IMG/VR virus record: IMGVR_UViG_3300025151_003852
Coordinates: 1-64,000 of that record
Direction: 5' to 3' (one strand)
Source of the DNA: a virus
Length of the DNA stretch: 64,000 nucleotides
The number at the start of each line of letters is the position of its first letter. Position 1 is the first letter of the stretch. A model generated the notes under the pieces. That model did not search any database. It saw nothing but the letters and a program-made list of their open reading frames with translations, and was not told the DNA's origin. Positions 35,184 through 49,200 of this stretch are shown piece after piece. The position numbers and the translations under genes were made by a program.

Positions 35184-36401
35184 TTATTTTATTGTAACAA
35201 TGGCTTCTACTGTGCCAAAGTCAGATGTTGTTTTATCTTCTAATGCTCTACCGATAACGTTGAAAGCAGTTGCTTCGTCATTCTCAGCGGCTCTAGCATA
35301 CCCTTCTCCAGCACTTACAAGTCGTTGACCTTTACGTACTGTTCCTAATGTTTTCACTCGTACACGTCCTGTCATTGCAACAGCAGGGTGAGTATCATTG
35401 TCACCTGCGCCGTTGTTCATTAAGAACGCCATGTTATCTGAGATAACACCGAATACGTCTTCACTTAATTCATATTTAACAGCAGTAATTTCAGCAGGTC
35501 CGCCTAATTCTACTACTGTACCAGGCTCATATACATCATCAGCACTAAATCTTTCCGCCAAGTCAGCATATGTTGCTGTAAGACGAGAACCTGTTGATAG
35601 AGTCCAATTACCTGTAATTGTACCTGCTGTTGTGTTCGCACCAGTTGTTAATGTTGTTGCTTGAGTTTGTACTGTTAAAATATTACCGTTGTATGTTGGT
35701 AAGTATGATGCTACGTTTGAGTTACTATATGTACCTGCAAATGAGATAGGATCTCCGTTTGCATACATGTATTTGTCAGTTCTGATACCATATAAGTTAC
35801 CAGAGTTATTAATGTATATACCACCTGTATCTAGCAAAATAGCAGAAGCATTTGCACCAGTGTTACCTGTTACAGTCCAAATACCTGTTAATGTTCCTGG
35901 TGTCGTTGCTGAACCAGTAGTAATTGCTGTTGTTGTTAGTGTACCGATGTTTGCTGTTGTTATACTAGCATCTGCAATAGTTGCGTTTGCTGATATTGTT
36001 AAATATCCTGCTGTAAATGCGTTTGCTGTAACTTCGTTTGTTGCTGTAAAATTATTTGCTGTTGCGTTGCCTGTTATGTTGACTGATCCGAATGTTGTAT
36101 TACCACCTGATGCTGTTGAAGTCAATGACAACCAGGCTAAACTATTTGATTCGCCGTCTGTTGGGCAAACTTTTAACGTAGTGTCAGAAGTATCGTACCA
36201 AATTTGACCTCTTAGAGGATTAGCAGGTGGAGTGCTGTCTGCAAAATTCTCAGTTACATGGACAAAGTTAGTATCTAAAGACTGGCCATATCCTGCGTAG
36301 TTTCTACCAGGAAGACCTAATGAAGTACTACTCGTATTGATAGTACCGTCGGCGATGGTAGTTAAGACTGTCCCATCACTTTTTACAATTGTATATGCCA
36401 T
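35184..36401 (-). CDS. Tail fibre-like protein with C-terminal intramolecular-chaperone-like domain
   Basis: N-terminal baseplate-anchor-like GRNYAGYG..NF...ENFA..P.NPLRGQIWYD, Thr/Ala/Asn-rich shaft, C-terminal YADLAERF..YEPGTVV..GVIS..PAVAMTGRVRVK..KGQRLVS. Confidence 0.72.
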   Translation of the reverse strand: MAYTIVKSDGTVLTTIADGTINTSSTSLGLPGRNYAGYGQSLDTNFVHVTENFADSTPPANPLRGQIWYDTSDTTLKVCPTDGESNSLAWLSLTSTASGGNTTFGSVNITGNATANNFTATNEVTANAFTAGYLTISANATIADASITTANIGTLTTTAITTGSATTPGTLTGIWTVTGNTGANASAILLDTGGIYINNSGNLYGIRTDKYMYANGDPISFAGTYSNSNVASYLPTYNGNILTVQTQATTLTTGANTTAGTITGNWTLSTGSRLTATYADLAERFSADDVYEPGTVVELGGPAEITAVKYELSEDVFGVISDNMAFLMNNGAGDNDTHPAVAMTGRVRVKTLGTVRKGQRLVSAGEGYARAAENDEATAFNVIGRALEDKTTSDFGTVEAIVTIK

Positions 36402-36424
36402 TTTCTAATTCACTCCGTTAATAT

Positions 36425-36431
36425 TATTTAT
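36425..36431 (-). promoter_or_regulatory. Late-promoter-like ATAAATA
   Basis: Intergenic, upstream of GGAG SD and ATG 36401. Confidence 0.62.
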
Positions 36432-36432
36432 C

Positions 36433-37053
36433 TTAAATGGTAACTAAATTAGTTAGAGATTGTATCCTAACCGTGTAATCTATTTGTATTTGCCTATTCA
36501 AGGACTTTTGAACAGGATGAAAGATTACATGAGTTAAAAGTCTTGTAATTACGTTCCCGTTTGCATCCGTTCCATAGTTTGCTAATAGTCCTAATTCATC
36601 AAATATGAAGTTAGAATCTGTTTGCGTACTGTTATCAAATGCGGCTTGTCCTGCAGGTTCTCCATAATCTAGTAAACATTGTACTAAGATATCTGTGTAC
36701 ACACGACCTGTTGTGTGAAACACTGTCATTTTATTTCTTGTTGGGTCTAAGTTAAAAACACTTGTATCATCTACGATTTTTGCATAAGTTTGATTATATA
36801 GAGCCGCATTCTGACCCGCAGTATTAGGTGGTAGATATGTAATAACACCTGTTTCATCAACAGAGGCTCCACCATTACCGAATGCCATCTGATATATCTC
36901 TCCGTAACCTCTACTAGATAATGTATCAGCAATTGCTTCCGACATGTTTTCGTAGTTAATTGCGTTCTTTGCTTCTTGTAAAATTTCGCCGGTGTTATAG
37001 TCTCTGATCGTCAGGAAACCTTCCATTTTTAGAATTTGTTGATCGCCAGACAT
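36433..37053 (-). CDS. Putative baseplate/tail structural protein
   Basis: 206-aa ORF in the baseplate module; EG.LTI.D..KNAI..MAFGNGG..FDELGL..F.PVQKS..IDYTVRI pattern. Confidence 0.6.
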   Translation of the reverse strand: MSGDQQILKMEGFLTIRDYNTGEILQEAKNAINYENMSEAIADTLSSRGYGEIYQMAFGNGGASVDETGVITYLPPNTAGQNAALYNQTYAKIVDDTSVFNLDPTRNKMTVFHTTGRVYTDILVQCLLDYGEPAGQAAFDNSTQTDSNFIFDELGLLANYGTDANGNVITRLLTHVIFHPVQKSLNRQIQIDYTVRIQSLTNLVTI

Positions 37054-37193
37054 TAACTATCTCCTCGCACTTGCACTAACACTTCTTTGGTGTCAGGATC
37101 AGTGATTTTAAGGCTTGAAGAAAAATAAATCCCGCTGTTTTCGTTGGGTTTTACTTCTTTCGGCTCTTGGTTCTCTGATTTATTATCGTTCAT
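37053..37193 (-). CDS. Small hypothetical protein, 46 aa
   Basis: Hand-translated MNDNKSENQEPKEVKPNENSGIYFSSSLKITDPDTKEVLVQVRGDS. TAATG coupling to the next gene; ATAAATA 5 nt upstream. Confidence 0.7.
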   Translation of the reverse strand: MNDNKSENQEPKEVKPNENSGIYFSSSLKITDPDTKEVLVQVRGDS

Positions 37194-37198
37194 CTCTT

Positions 37199-37205
37199 TA
37201 TTTAT
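37199..37205 (-). promoter_or_regulatory. Late-promoter-like ATAAATA
   Basis: 5 nt upstream of ATG 37193. Confidence 0.62.
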
Positions 37206-37208
37206 CAT

Positions 37209-40200
37209 TTACGTTATATCCGTATGTAGAAATTGTGCAGGAGCAGTTTCTGATATCGATAATGGATCTCCTTCAACTTTATTAAAGTTATAAGAGTTCC
37301 AACTTTGATCAATATACAAGTCAGGTAACTGATTATTGCTCAATAAACTAAACACTTCTGTATACTTGGCAGTGTAATTTTGCACTGCTGTACCATTTGC
37401 GCCTCGTTGTAATCCAGTAACTGAGTTGTTGTCAAAGTCTACACTAGTAAACTTGATTTGTTCCCCATTAATGTATAACACATTTCCTTCTAATGATGTA
37501 ATTGTCAATGAATCTCCTGCAGAAATGTACGTGCCATCTGTAATCTTTAAGATAGGTGCAAGTTCTTCAATAACAACTTCATATGTATCAGTGTCTAATG
37601 TGTTTCCTGTAGTATTATTTAGAACAGTTACACCACTCAAAATGTTTTTATCTGAGTTTAGACCAATTGAATAAATGTTATCAACTGGAGTAGGTGCAAT
37701 TCTGTCTTCTACTAAGTTATCTGTTACTCTAGTTACGTCACCTAAGTAAATTACTTGTGACAGAGGGAAGATAGGTTCTGCTAACCATGTTCTGCTTTGT
37801 GTATTTGCTCTATAAACTGACTGCTCTCCATCCTGATTGACTGCATTTAAATAAATTTCTTCATCAGGCGTTGAGTGTGGTATCATATTTGTTATAATCA
37901 CAACATCACCTGGTGCAATATCAGTTAATATGCTTACTTCATTGTCTTCATCTAATCTCAACTTGTTTGTTGGTAAACGATAACCGTTAACAGTGACCCA
38001 AAGTCTTTCGACATTAGTTTGTTCCCATTGTGTTACGTTCATAACACCTGTATCATTAGTTAAAGATACTTCACTGGATGCATTTCTAGTCAAGCCTATT
38101 GTAAATTCAGTACCACTTAAAATTTGTTTAATATAGTAAGTTGTTCCTTGTGTCAAACCACCTAACACTGGGGCGCCTGCTACTTGACCTTGTTGTGAGA
38201 AGATAACTTCATTATTAACAACAAGTTGACTTGTATCCTGACATGTAATTCTATTTGTTGTTGCTGTTGCAGTTGCCTGTGTAGTAACTAAGAAGAATGT
38301 TCCTTGTCTCCAAACATATCCACCTGAGATATAAGTGGATACACCAGTCACTGGGTAATTTACTGCATCTAATGCAGGGTTATATACTTGGGTATAAATT
38401 TCAAATCTATATTGATCGAACACTCTTACATAATATGAGTTACCGTTCAATTCAACAGCACCATATACGCCGTCAATTCTTACTAATTGATCAGTTGCTA
38501 GTGAGTGTGGTATGCCTGTTGTAATTCTTGTAGTTGGGTTGCCACCACATGTTGTAACCATTAAGCCTGTTGCTGTGCTTAATGAAACTTGTGCTCCTGT
38601 TTGATCTTTAATAGTTGCTGTTGTAGAATCTATAACATTTTCTACAAAGTAAACTGTACCTTGCTCTAGTCCACCAAAGTCAGTTCCTTGGAAGTAAATT
38701 TGTTGATCTACTGCAAAGCCCGATGTTGTGTCAAATGTGATCGCATTTGTAATACCATCTGTAGCAGTTGCTTGAGTGACACGAAGAGGTTCTTCTTGTC
38801 CAGTTTCGATGTTTGTAATGTTTGCAACTGTAATCGCATTTGAACTACCAACCATTGATCCTGAATCAGTTGTGACAGTCACTGGTGTGCCGCCTACTGT
38901 TAATGAAATTGTAAATGTAGTTGCATCGATAATTTCTAAAATATAATATGTTACGCCTGCTGTGATTCCACCTATAGTAGGATTAGAGAATACAATTGGC
39001 TCGTCTTCTGCTAAGACTGATGTATCAGCACAAGTTAAAGTGTCTAATAATTCATCATACATAACAACAGTAGGTGTATCTTGGTCATATGTCTCTACAT
39101 CTGGTGTGTCTTCATCAAATGTACCTTCAGTGTGAGTCGTTGCTGTAACTGTAATAGTTGTAAACGAACTACCTGAAGTACCTGAGATACCATATTGTGT
39201 TGTTAAGTATTGTCTTTCAGTGTTGTTATACGTTAAGACAGAAATTTTATCGTTAAGTGCCGGTGGTGCATTAAACAGCACAGAGTTAGTGCCGTCATCG
39301 ACAGTGTATTGAGAACTTGTTTGTCGTAATCCATTGACCTCAACGATTGCGTTGTGTGGATTATCTCCGCCATTAAAGTTGCTCATTGGGAACGATGCTT
39401 GTGATCCGTTACCAACATATTCTTGTATCTCTGGTACAGAGTATCCATACTGTGATGGGTCTCCTGAATCTCCAAAGATAGAATAAACAAGATAATCTTC
39501 TCCGTTTACATAACCTGTTGGGCTGGCTAATACAAGTTTTGCTTGTATGCCGTTTGGTTGTCTACCAATTGCATAATCATTAGTTACGTAAGATGATATT
39601 CCAGATGCATCACTTAAAGTAAAGACAGGTCCACCATCAGTTTCTGAAATTGTAAATTCGTTATTGTCTATAATTGATTCAATATAATATACAGTGTTTG
39701 GTGTAATATCTGAGCCAAACATATCTGCCGCAAATTGTATTCTGTTTCCTACAGCAAGTCCTGCAGTGGTTCCTACTGTAATTCCGTTATTTGATGCTTT
39801 AGTTCTGCTTACAGAATTTGTTTTTCCTAGTACTAGTCTAGTACCGTTATGATAAACAAGAGGATCAGTCCATACTGTACCACTTCCTGTTTGTATATTT
39901 ACGATCATTGAACCAGTTGCGTCTGTTAATGATTTGATTGGCCCTGCTAATCCTGTACTTGAATCATAAGTTTCTGATATCGTTATAGAATTTGTTGCTG
40001 TAGAAATAGATTTAACAAAGTAAGGTGTATCTTCTGCTACACCACCGAATACTACTCCTTGGAATGATATTGATTCATTTACTGTAAAGTCAGACACACT
40101 TACACAGACGATTGTGTCACCTGCCGCAATTGTTTCTGTTGCTTCTACTTCGACTGATGCAGAACCGGTTCTGATTGCTCCTGATCCTTGGAAGAATGAT

Positions 40201-43200
40201 GCACTATAATTACAGTTCAAGTAAATGTCATCAAACCCTGTTGATACAGTTTCTCTAATAGGATCAGTATCTGTGTTACCTTTAACTAATTGATTACCAT
40301 TACCTACTTCATAAACATCAACACGCAATGACTGTTTTGGAGCAAATGCTAATGGAGTATTCAATGTAATTACTTTTGTTATCCAATTGATAGAGTATTC
40401 ACTTGTTGCTAATCCAGTTCCTAAGCCTGTTATTGGATCAATAATTTGTACTGACATATCTATTGGGTATTGAACAAACTGATCGAAACTATAATCAACT
40501 TGGAATTCAGTTGCAGGTTCAATAACTCTACTCACAACATTAAATCCTGTGTGAGAATATTGAGTAACGTCCCATACTGTTCCAGGACGTGTAACTACTG
40601 TTAAGTTTAGATTGTCTTTAACTAAGCCAGGCACTAATTCTTCTGGTCCGTATCCAGAAGTAAATTCATCTCCTTTAACATCATACACGGGTGCTTCTAC
40701 TGTGAATACACCTGTTGATGTCCAAGTTACGCCTGAATCTGTAGATTGTAAGATTGCATTGTTGTCTCCAACAACTACAAACGTATCTGTTTCTGGTGAG
40801 TATGTTACTCCGTTCAAGTCTTGTGTTGTACCTGATGTCTGTGTTGTCCAACGTAAGCCGTCAGATGAAGTTTGTATTCTACCGTTGTCTCCAACTGTCA
40901 TCCAAATACTATCAGCATAAATGACATCACGTAAAACATCTGAGTTTGCATCGTATAGATACATTCTTGCTTGTAATGGAATAACATCATCTACTAATGT
41001 TACTTGTGATGTTAGTCCTGAATCAGTATACACTTCTACCTGCGTAGAACTTACGATGTTTATATAATAAGTTGTATCTATAAGCAATCCACCGAATGAG
41101 TCTGTGAATCTAACTGGGTCTGCATTGATAAAACCGTCTGTATTAGTAACGTTAAGTTCATTAGAAGATTCGTTTATAGACACGATTCCTACTTCATTGA
41201 TTCCTGTCCAATCTCCGCCGTTGTTTGTTTGATACTTGACATCATTCTCACCTACTGCAATTGCAATAGTGCCATTACTTGCTACACCATACAATCCATT
41301 TGGAGTAAGTTGTGGTCCGTCTTGCCAGTACTCTCCAGTTGGTTCATAAGAGTACGCAATAATGTTAGTATCGATTAATTCTGTTACACCAGTTGAGTAA
41401 TCATATTTTTTACCTTTACCAACTGCAATGAATCCACCAAAGCCTGTAGTGTCAATTGAATTGACTCCATATAAAGTTACTGCTAATGGTGTGTCGTATA
41501 CTTTTCTTTCTGTCCATACGTATGTGTCAGGAGAGTTAACAATTCCTTCTCCAACACTTACATAATAATTGTTTCTGTGTGCTGTACTTTGCAACGTGAT
41601 TGCCGCAATCGACAATGATGTTGATGAATATGGATTAGTATCATATGGTAAAGCACCGTATGGTGTGAACCAACCGTTTGTTGTCCATGTAACTCCGTCG
41701 TTTGATCTATAGATTGGTGTCGCAGTATTTGTAGTTGTCATTACATATAAGCCGCCACCGTATACTATGTCAGTTGCGTTAACGACAATATTTGAAATTT
41801 GTTTTGTTGACCAACTCTGTCCTTCGATAGACGCAATAACACCTGTGTACTTGTCAAAGTTAGCAGATGCTATGTAGTTTATTCCGTTCCATAGAACACC
41901 AGTAATAGATACTCCTGTTGGATAGAACGGCTCATCTTTCAATACAGTGTCTACAGTAAATTGATCTTCAGGTGCAAATGCATTACCCAAATAAACTGCA
42001 TTTGGATATGTTATACCTGTAAATAATTGCTCTAAGTCTATACCCGGCATATTAATGTTCGGCTGATAGTAGCCCTCGACTCTATCAAGTGCATTTAATA
42101 CTCTATCATCTGATCTTAACTCTTCCCACTTACCAATGATAAATTCTGAGTCATTATTAGAAATAACACAACGATAAACTCTGTCTAAGTATTTGATAAT
42201 AGACTGATTAAAGTAGAATGGTTCTGGTAAGAATGCATATCCACCTGCTTTAGATAAAGTGAGTCCTGTGATCGATACTGTTGTGATCACATTTACAACA
42301 GTACCACCTGGATTACTTGAAATTGTTACTTCATTTGTACCAGTGTCAATTGTTTTAATGTAGTAAGACGTTGATACTTGTGCATCTATTGAATTATTGG
42401 GTACTACACCTTCAAATATAACTTCATCATTCAATGAGAATCCACTTACATCTGTCAACGTAATTGAATCTGTTCCTGACGTACATCCTGTAACGTCAGT
42501 TGTTGTAAACCCATCAAATGCAAATCCTATACCACTAACTGGTACAGTCATTCTTGCATCTGAATAAACTTCTAATGTATTTTGTCCAACAACTTTTAAG
42601 TAATAATCTGTTGTAAGATCATTAGGTTCGCCTGAAACAATTAAACTTGTTATTGTTCCGTCTGCATCAACTGAATTAACTTTTAATGTAGCATCGTTAA
42701 GAGGAGAATCTCCGCCTAACTCAGAACCTGATATAGTAATAACATTATCGATTGCATAACCTTCGCCTGCATTAGATAAAATTACTCTGTACCCACCTAA
42801 TTTATATCCTATATCAAACACGCCATCTACAGTTGGTGTTTGTGATAAACTAAATGTAGAATTAGTATCGGCTACAGTAACATCTTGTGTTCCACCTTTA
42901 GAAGTTGAAAGTCTTATCCAAGGGTTACCGGTACCGACCATTGGGCCGTTATCATTTTGTAATACGAATGTACTTCCACCTGCGACTTCTGTGATTGTAA
43001 ATTGAGTTGAACTATCAATTGACTTAATATAATATTCATCTCCTACTACGATGTTTCCTAAACCAACACCAGTAAATCTAATTGGCATATTCACCCAAAG
43101 TGATGAAGTATCTGCACATGTAATTCTGTTTGTGCTAGATGAAGTAGATGTACAATCTACAGTTATGTATGTACTTTCATCTCCGTCTAATGAGAAGTCA

Positions 43201-46200
43201 AAAATATAATACGTTACACCAGTAGATAGTCCTGATCCGCCCGGTACTGAATTAAATACGATCGGCATATCAGTATAGAAATTAAATGTTCCTTTATCTT
43301 GCTCATTTAGTGCAATTCTATTATCTGTTCCTTCTGCATTATCTCCTGCAATAGTTGCATAACATGTTCTGTCAAGTGTATTTGTTAATACCCCAGATGT
43401 AATGTCTGTATAATATGCAGATGTATTATACATTGTAAACTTCTGTCCGTCAACCTGACCCGGTGATACAGGAAGTGAGACATGCATTAACATAGAACCA
43501 GTTGCTGTACTTAAGTCTATAGTATCTTTCTGATTAGTTAGCAGTGCTGAACCTGTAGTTACTGTAGATAGTGTCAATGGTGACACGTTTACACTAACAC
43601 CAACTTTCAGTTCAGTCATTGACACAATTTCATTTACGTAGTATACTGTGCCTGAAGTAATTCCACCAAAGTCTGTAATCTTATTGCCATTTACATCAAG
43701 CATCATATTAAATATGACTGGATCATTAATTGAGAAACCAGTTGTGTCTGCAACAGTAATAATATCTGTTGAAGTAGTTGTAGCACTTACTGTGGTTGTC
43801 AGAGGCGTCTCTGTGGGGCCTATTGTAATTGTTTGCTCATCTACTACTGTTGTTACATAGTAAACGTCATTTTCTTCTATATCGCCAAATACATCACCTG
43901 TAAAGAACAATGGTATACCAACATAGAATCCGTCAGTTCCGCCTGTGCCTATAACACTTTGCGGAATAGTAATTTTATTTGTTACTGCTTCTGTTGCAGT
44001 TGCTGTTAGTAAGCCTGGATAGTTAAGTGTAACGACTGCTGTATCTGTGACTTCACCTGCATATGCAAACATACCTGCAAGTGGTGCAGTCGCATCTGGT
44101 AATGTTTTAACTGCTCCACCAGGAGTCTCACTGATCGTAAAGTCAGTTACATTAACAACAGAATGTACATAATAAACTTGTTCATCAACGATGCCACCTA
44201 TTACTGCGCCTGTGAATTTAATTGGCATGCCTACATAAAAACCAATTGTTGAACCTGATGAATTTAATTCACCGTTGTTTTCATCATAAGGATCTAATCT
44301 AATAAGATTACCTGTTGTTTCTGTTAGTTCTACAATACGTTTAAATTCTGTATAATAAACGTTATGATCATTGGTAACGTTTGCAATTTCAAATATTGCA
44401 CCTTGTGCTGATGCTGAAATGTCTGCTATTGGTGGTTGTGTTGCTTGTAAACTTATACTAGAACTTGCAACGTTTTCACTGTTAAAATATGATCCTGCAA
44501 AGAATGCACCATAGAAAACATTTGCTTCCCAATCTAATACTTGACTTGTGTAAGTAGTTCTATCAAATCGAACAGCAAGGTTATTTTCTCTTGTAGGACT
44601 TGAACTTGTAATTGCAGATGCCTTTGCACCTACATTAAGAGCAAAGTCTCCGTCAGTTGTTCCTGCACTTAGTTCTACTCTATTTGTTTCATTGACTGCA
44701 TCATCATAACTAGTGTATAAACCTACAATAGTTGTTGGGGTAGTTTCTAATACATTAATATAGTACCATTGACCATCAACTAATCTAGTTACAGTTGCTC
44801 CAGTTGTACTATCATCTTTATATTGTATTAAGTTACCAGTTTGCAAACTTGGGGCAAACAATTTAATTGTATGCAACGTAGAGTTGATGTCATCATTAGT
44901 AAAGAACAATTGTTCTGCTGGTGCAACTCTGATTTCTGGTAATACAGCATACCCTTCTCCGGGATTTATTACGTTCACACTGATTACACTATCGACACTC
45001 ATCACTGCTTCAAGTTCTGCATCAACTCTTGGTGCTGGGTATTTTTCTAAATCAATGTATGCTGTTACCTTGGGTGGTTCTACATAATTTTTTCCACCAT
45101 CAAGTATTACCACTGCAGGTAAATCAATAATGATTTTTGCTCCAGGTAAATGTGTTGTCGGTGTTGTTCCGTTTAAGCCTCTTTGTAGTCCTCCAAGAGT
45201 ATTTAAAGCACGATCAACAAAAGAGTAACTAATAATTTCTTCATCTATTTGTATTGTTCCATTAATCGGGAAACCTTGTGCATTGTCTACCATTATTAAA
45301 ACTGAACCGATAGTCATGTATTCGTTTAGTTCAGTTATCTCATAGTCAGACTCTCCAACTAATGATAATCCATAATTGTTATACCAATTTCGATATTGTT
45401 CTTTTTGCCATATCGCATCAGTTGGTAAGAATTCATTTGTTCCGTCAACATTTTCATAAACTAACTGCGGAGAAATATAAGATTGAGTTGTCTCGTTCCA
45501 CTCAGCAGGTAAATCAAAGTCTGTGACGTTACCATCATATGTATCGATTCCTGTATATTTAAACAAGAAGTCTTTAATAACTACATGATAAGGTTTTGCT
45601 TCATTAATATATCCTGACAAGAACTCTTGGTTGTCTTGTTGATAATTTTGAATTGGTTTTAGTTCTCTAATAACATGAGACACATCTACTAACGATGTTT
45701 TATTCAACCAAGGCAAATAGTTTTGTGATTCATCTGTTTCACTTTGAATATATTCAAATAAAATAATTAGAGACTTGTTTCTAAATTCAACTAATTCGTC
45801 AATATAAATTTGTTCGTTTAATGCACGAATAATCCAACGTGTTTCTTCACTTGGATATTCATCAAAGTCTGTTGTGTCAAAGAAGTTATCTCCGAAGCCT
45901 GTTTTGCCTGCGGCGTAGTCCCAAAGATATGTATTAAATTGTATTGTACCATTTTCTAAGCCGATACGTGTCCAAACACTGTTACCGTCATAACGATACA
46001 TTTCCCATTTGCCATCACCATTTGCTTCTACTGTAGCAATAGTGTTTACTTCTACATTAAGTTTAGCAAGGTCTGAATACTTTTCAACACTAACAGTTGA
46101 CTTAGTATTGTTATTATATTGTCCTACTGGGTTCTTTGTTGGTAACCACCAGTTTACATACTGCCAATAATCTGCTGTGTCATAAAATTCTCCACTAGCA

Positions 46201-49200
46201 AACAAATACGTTGCATCTTGTCTTGTTTCTGAGATTGGATACTCAGCAAGAACTTTGTTTGCATACTCTAAGTAGTTTTCTAATCCTAAGAATCTACTAA
46301 AGAAGAAACTTTGTCTTGGTCTTGCTAAAACGCCTGACTGCACTGCTTTTGGCAGATACGGATTAGGTACAACTTCTCCAACTTCATCTACACCAGATAA
46401 AGAATCTAATAAACGATCATACAAACCTTCTGGTCTGTTAGTTGAAGTTTGTGGTCCGAACTTGGGTAGACCAGGTAAGAAGTCATCTGGTTCACCGTCT
46501 TTAATTAAATTAAATTCTTGGTGAGAAGGATCATCATTATTTCCTTCTGCGTATCCTATATGAAATACACTGTCAGTTGTGTTTATATATGGTTGTGTAT
46601 TATATAAAGCAAATGTGTTCGGCAGTAAAGGTGCAAAGTATGCGATACCTGATCTGCTTGGCTCTCCAATATATCTTTGTATTGTAGTATCACTTAATGT
46701 TTTACCTATAGATGTTTCTACTTTATTCGTATTACGTACCCAGAAATAGTAACAAGGTTGAACTGTGTTGGTTGCGTTAATATCTGTTTCAACACTATAT
46801 TTTGTATTTGATTTAGGTGTTCCTGTGCCAGTGTATTGATTAGGTGGTGTAGTTGATTTTACCCAAGTGTAACATGCAACCTGTGATCCCGGGAATATTC
46901 TACCCCACATTTTGCTATTATATACTACGTCATTTTGATGATAGTTTAACCATCTTACATTTGTTGTATCAAACCAAATATGTCCTATTTGATTTGCTCC
47001 CCATGTTAGTCCTGAGTTTATTTCTCCTATAGCACTATTATATATTGCTGGGTCAACACTATTAACATAATCAATATTTTCTCTGGCTGCACCTAATAGT
47101 TTACCCTGCATTGGATCCATGTAATCTAAATTAATTAATGTATCATTTGTTTCTGCACTATAGACCTGTGAGTTTTGTATTCTGTTAATATCTACAACAG
47201 GTGCAGATTGTCTATAAATCTCCCAGTCTTTAGCAGTGCCTGAGTTTTGGAACAATGTAACTTGTCCTTCTAAATCACCGAAACTTAAATTAGGTGTACC
47301 GATAACAACTTGGTTATTTGTAAAGTCTATTGCTGTCCCATACTCTGGTTCAAAGCCATAGTTTTGATCTTGGCTGTTACAGTTTTGTGCGTATGTAAAC
47401 TTACCTGGGTCTGTAATTGATCCATTATAGTTTGCAAGATAATCATACATGTATACTGCACCTGCATTATCCCATGTATCTACCCATCGTGTTGCATTGT
47501 TATCAAAAATTGTATCGTTATCTAAATTCTCGTCATCAATAAAGTCAAATGTTGTTGCTAAGTATCTAGTTGAAACAGGAGCAGAAATTACAACTGAATC
47601 GTGTTCATTAAATTTAATTGTATTACCAAATAATGTTCTACTCTGATTATGAGGTGCATTAATAAGTTGTGTCTGTTGATATATTTCTAATCCTAATTCA
47701 GCAAATGCATCTGTGCTTGGTGCTTGTAATATTAATTTTTCATTGACAAGGGCTAAACTTTGATCTATAATAGAAATAATTAATTTACCGTCATCAGTCG
47801 CACTTGATGTTATATTTGTAATACCGTATTGATTAATCAAACTTGATACTGTACTTGCGTTTGCACCTGAAGGCAACTCTACTAGATAACCATTGATTAA
47901 TAATTTAGTGTCTGTAGTTAAATTAGTGACACCAGTACCTATTACTGTACCATATTTGCCACCGGCATTTGTATATCTATAAACAGTACCGTCTGTTTGT
48001 TTTGCACCTTCAATTCTTATTTCGCCCGGTGCACCAATTAATAGTTCATTACCGTATGTACCCATATCAGACGCATAGCCCATAAAGACGCCTACTCTGT
48101 CATCTGCTTCAGGCACCATTGTTTGTACCCATTGAATTCTACGAGTACTAATTTCGATTATGTCTCCTGCTCTGATATCTCCGAAGTATCTAAAGTCTGA
48201 CGTTCCTCCACCAACTGCATAGTTGTTGTCATCAACAATTGTTCCATTGACAAAAACTAATAACGGTTCTTGTTGTGGGTAAATATCAAAGTTAACAGTA
48301 GGCTCATCTGTAAGTGTTATTACTGTGTTAGTTGATCTACTTTCTTTAAGTGAGAATGTTTGTGCACCTACGTACTGCATGTAATACACTTGATTAGGTG
48401 TAATGCCACTGTCACCGTATGTTCCACCTTCGTTAAACACTACAGGTGTATTTGTATATGTTGCATCTATTGCAGTACCTGTAAACGTAATTACGTTTGA
48501 TGCTACCGCAGTTGCGTTTCTACTTGCAAACGATGTAGTCCATGCTAATGGATACTGTTGCGGTTGATTAGGTATTGCAGTATATTGTGATTCTATATTT
48601 TGTACTAAACGTGAGAACGAATAGTTTGTTCCCCAATTTGTTTTTGTTGTTGGAGATGCTGTATTAGGCGCGCCAATCGATATACAATCTGCTTCGTCAT
48701 CACAACTTACAGAGAAACCAAAGTTATCTCCTGCACTTGCATTGACTGGGGCGAGAGTGCCATCGATATCACTTATCGCCTCATATGAAATTTGTGTTGC
48801 TGTGCCGGTGCCTGTTCCTGCACCAGTTGATACAAAGATTATTCCTACTTTATTTTCTACTGCACCTAGTGCTGTAAAGTCTGTTGTACCTACACTAGTA
48901 ATCTCGTATGTTTCACCTACATTAAAATATCCTGCAGTTAAAGGTATGTGTTGTCTGTTATAAACTTGTACTGAATTATTACTGGGGTTACCTGCAAAGA
49001 TATAATTTTGATCATCACTAATTGCAAGACTTGTGCCTGAACTAAATGTTGATGTAAAAGATTGTAGCGGTAAAATATCATCTGATAACACAGAATCATT
49101 TAGTGTGTAAATTCTAAGTGTTGAAGTAGTCAACGATGTTTCAGGTTCACTGATTACAAATAAATTATTAGAGTATGCAATTGCTTTACCGAATGATGTT

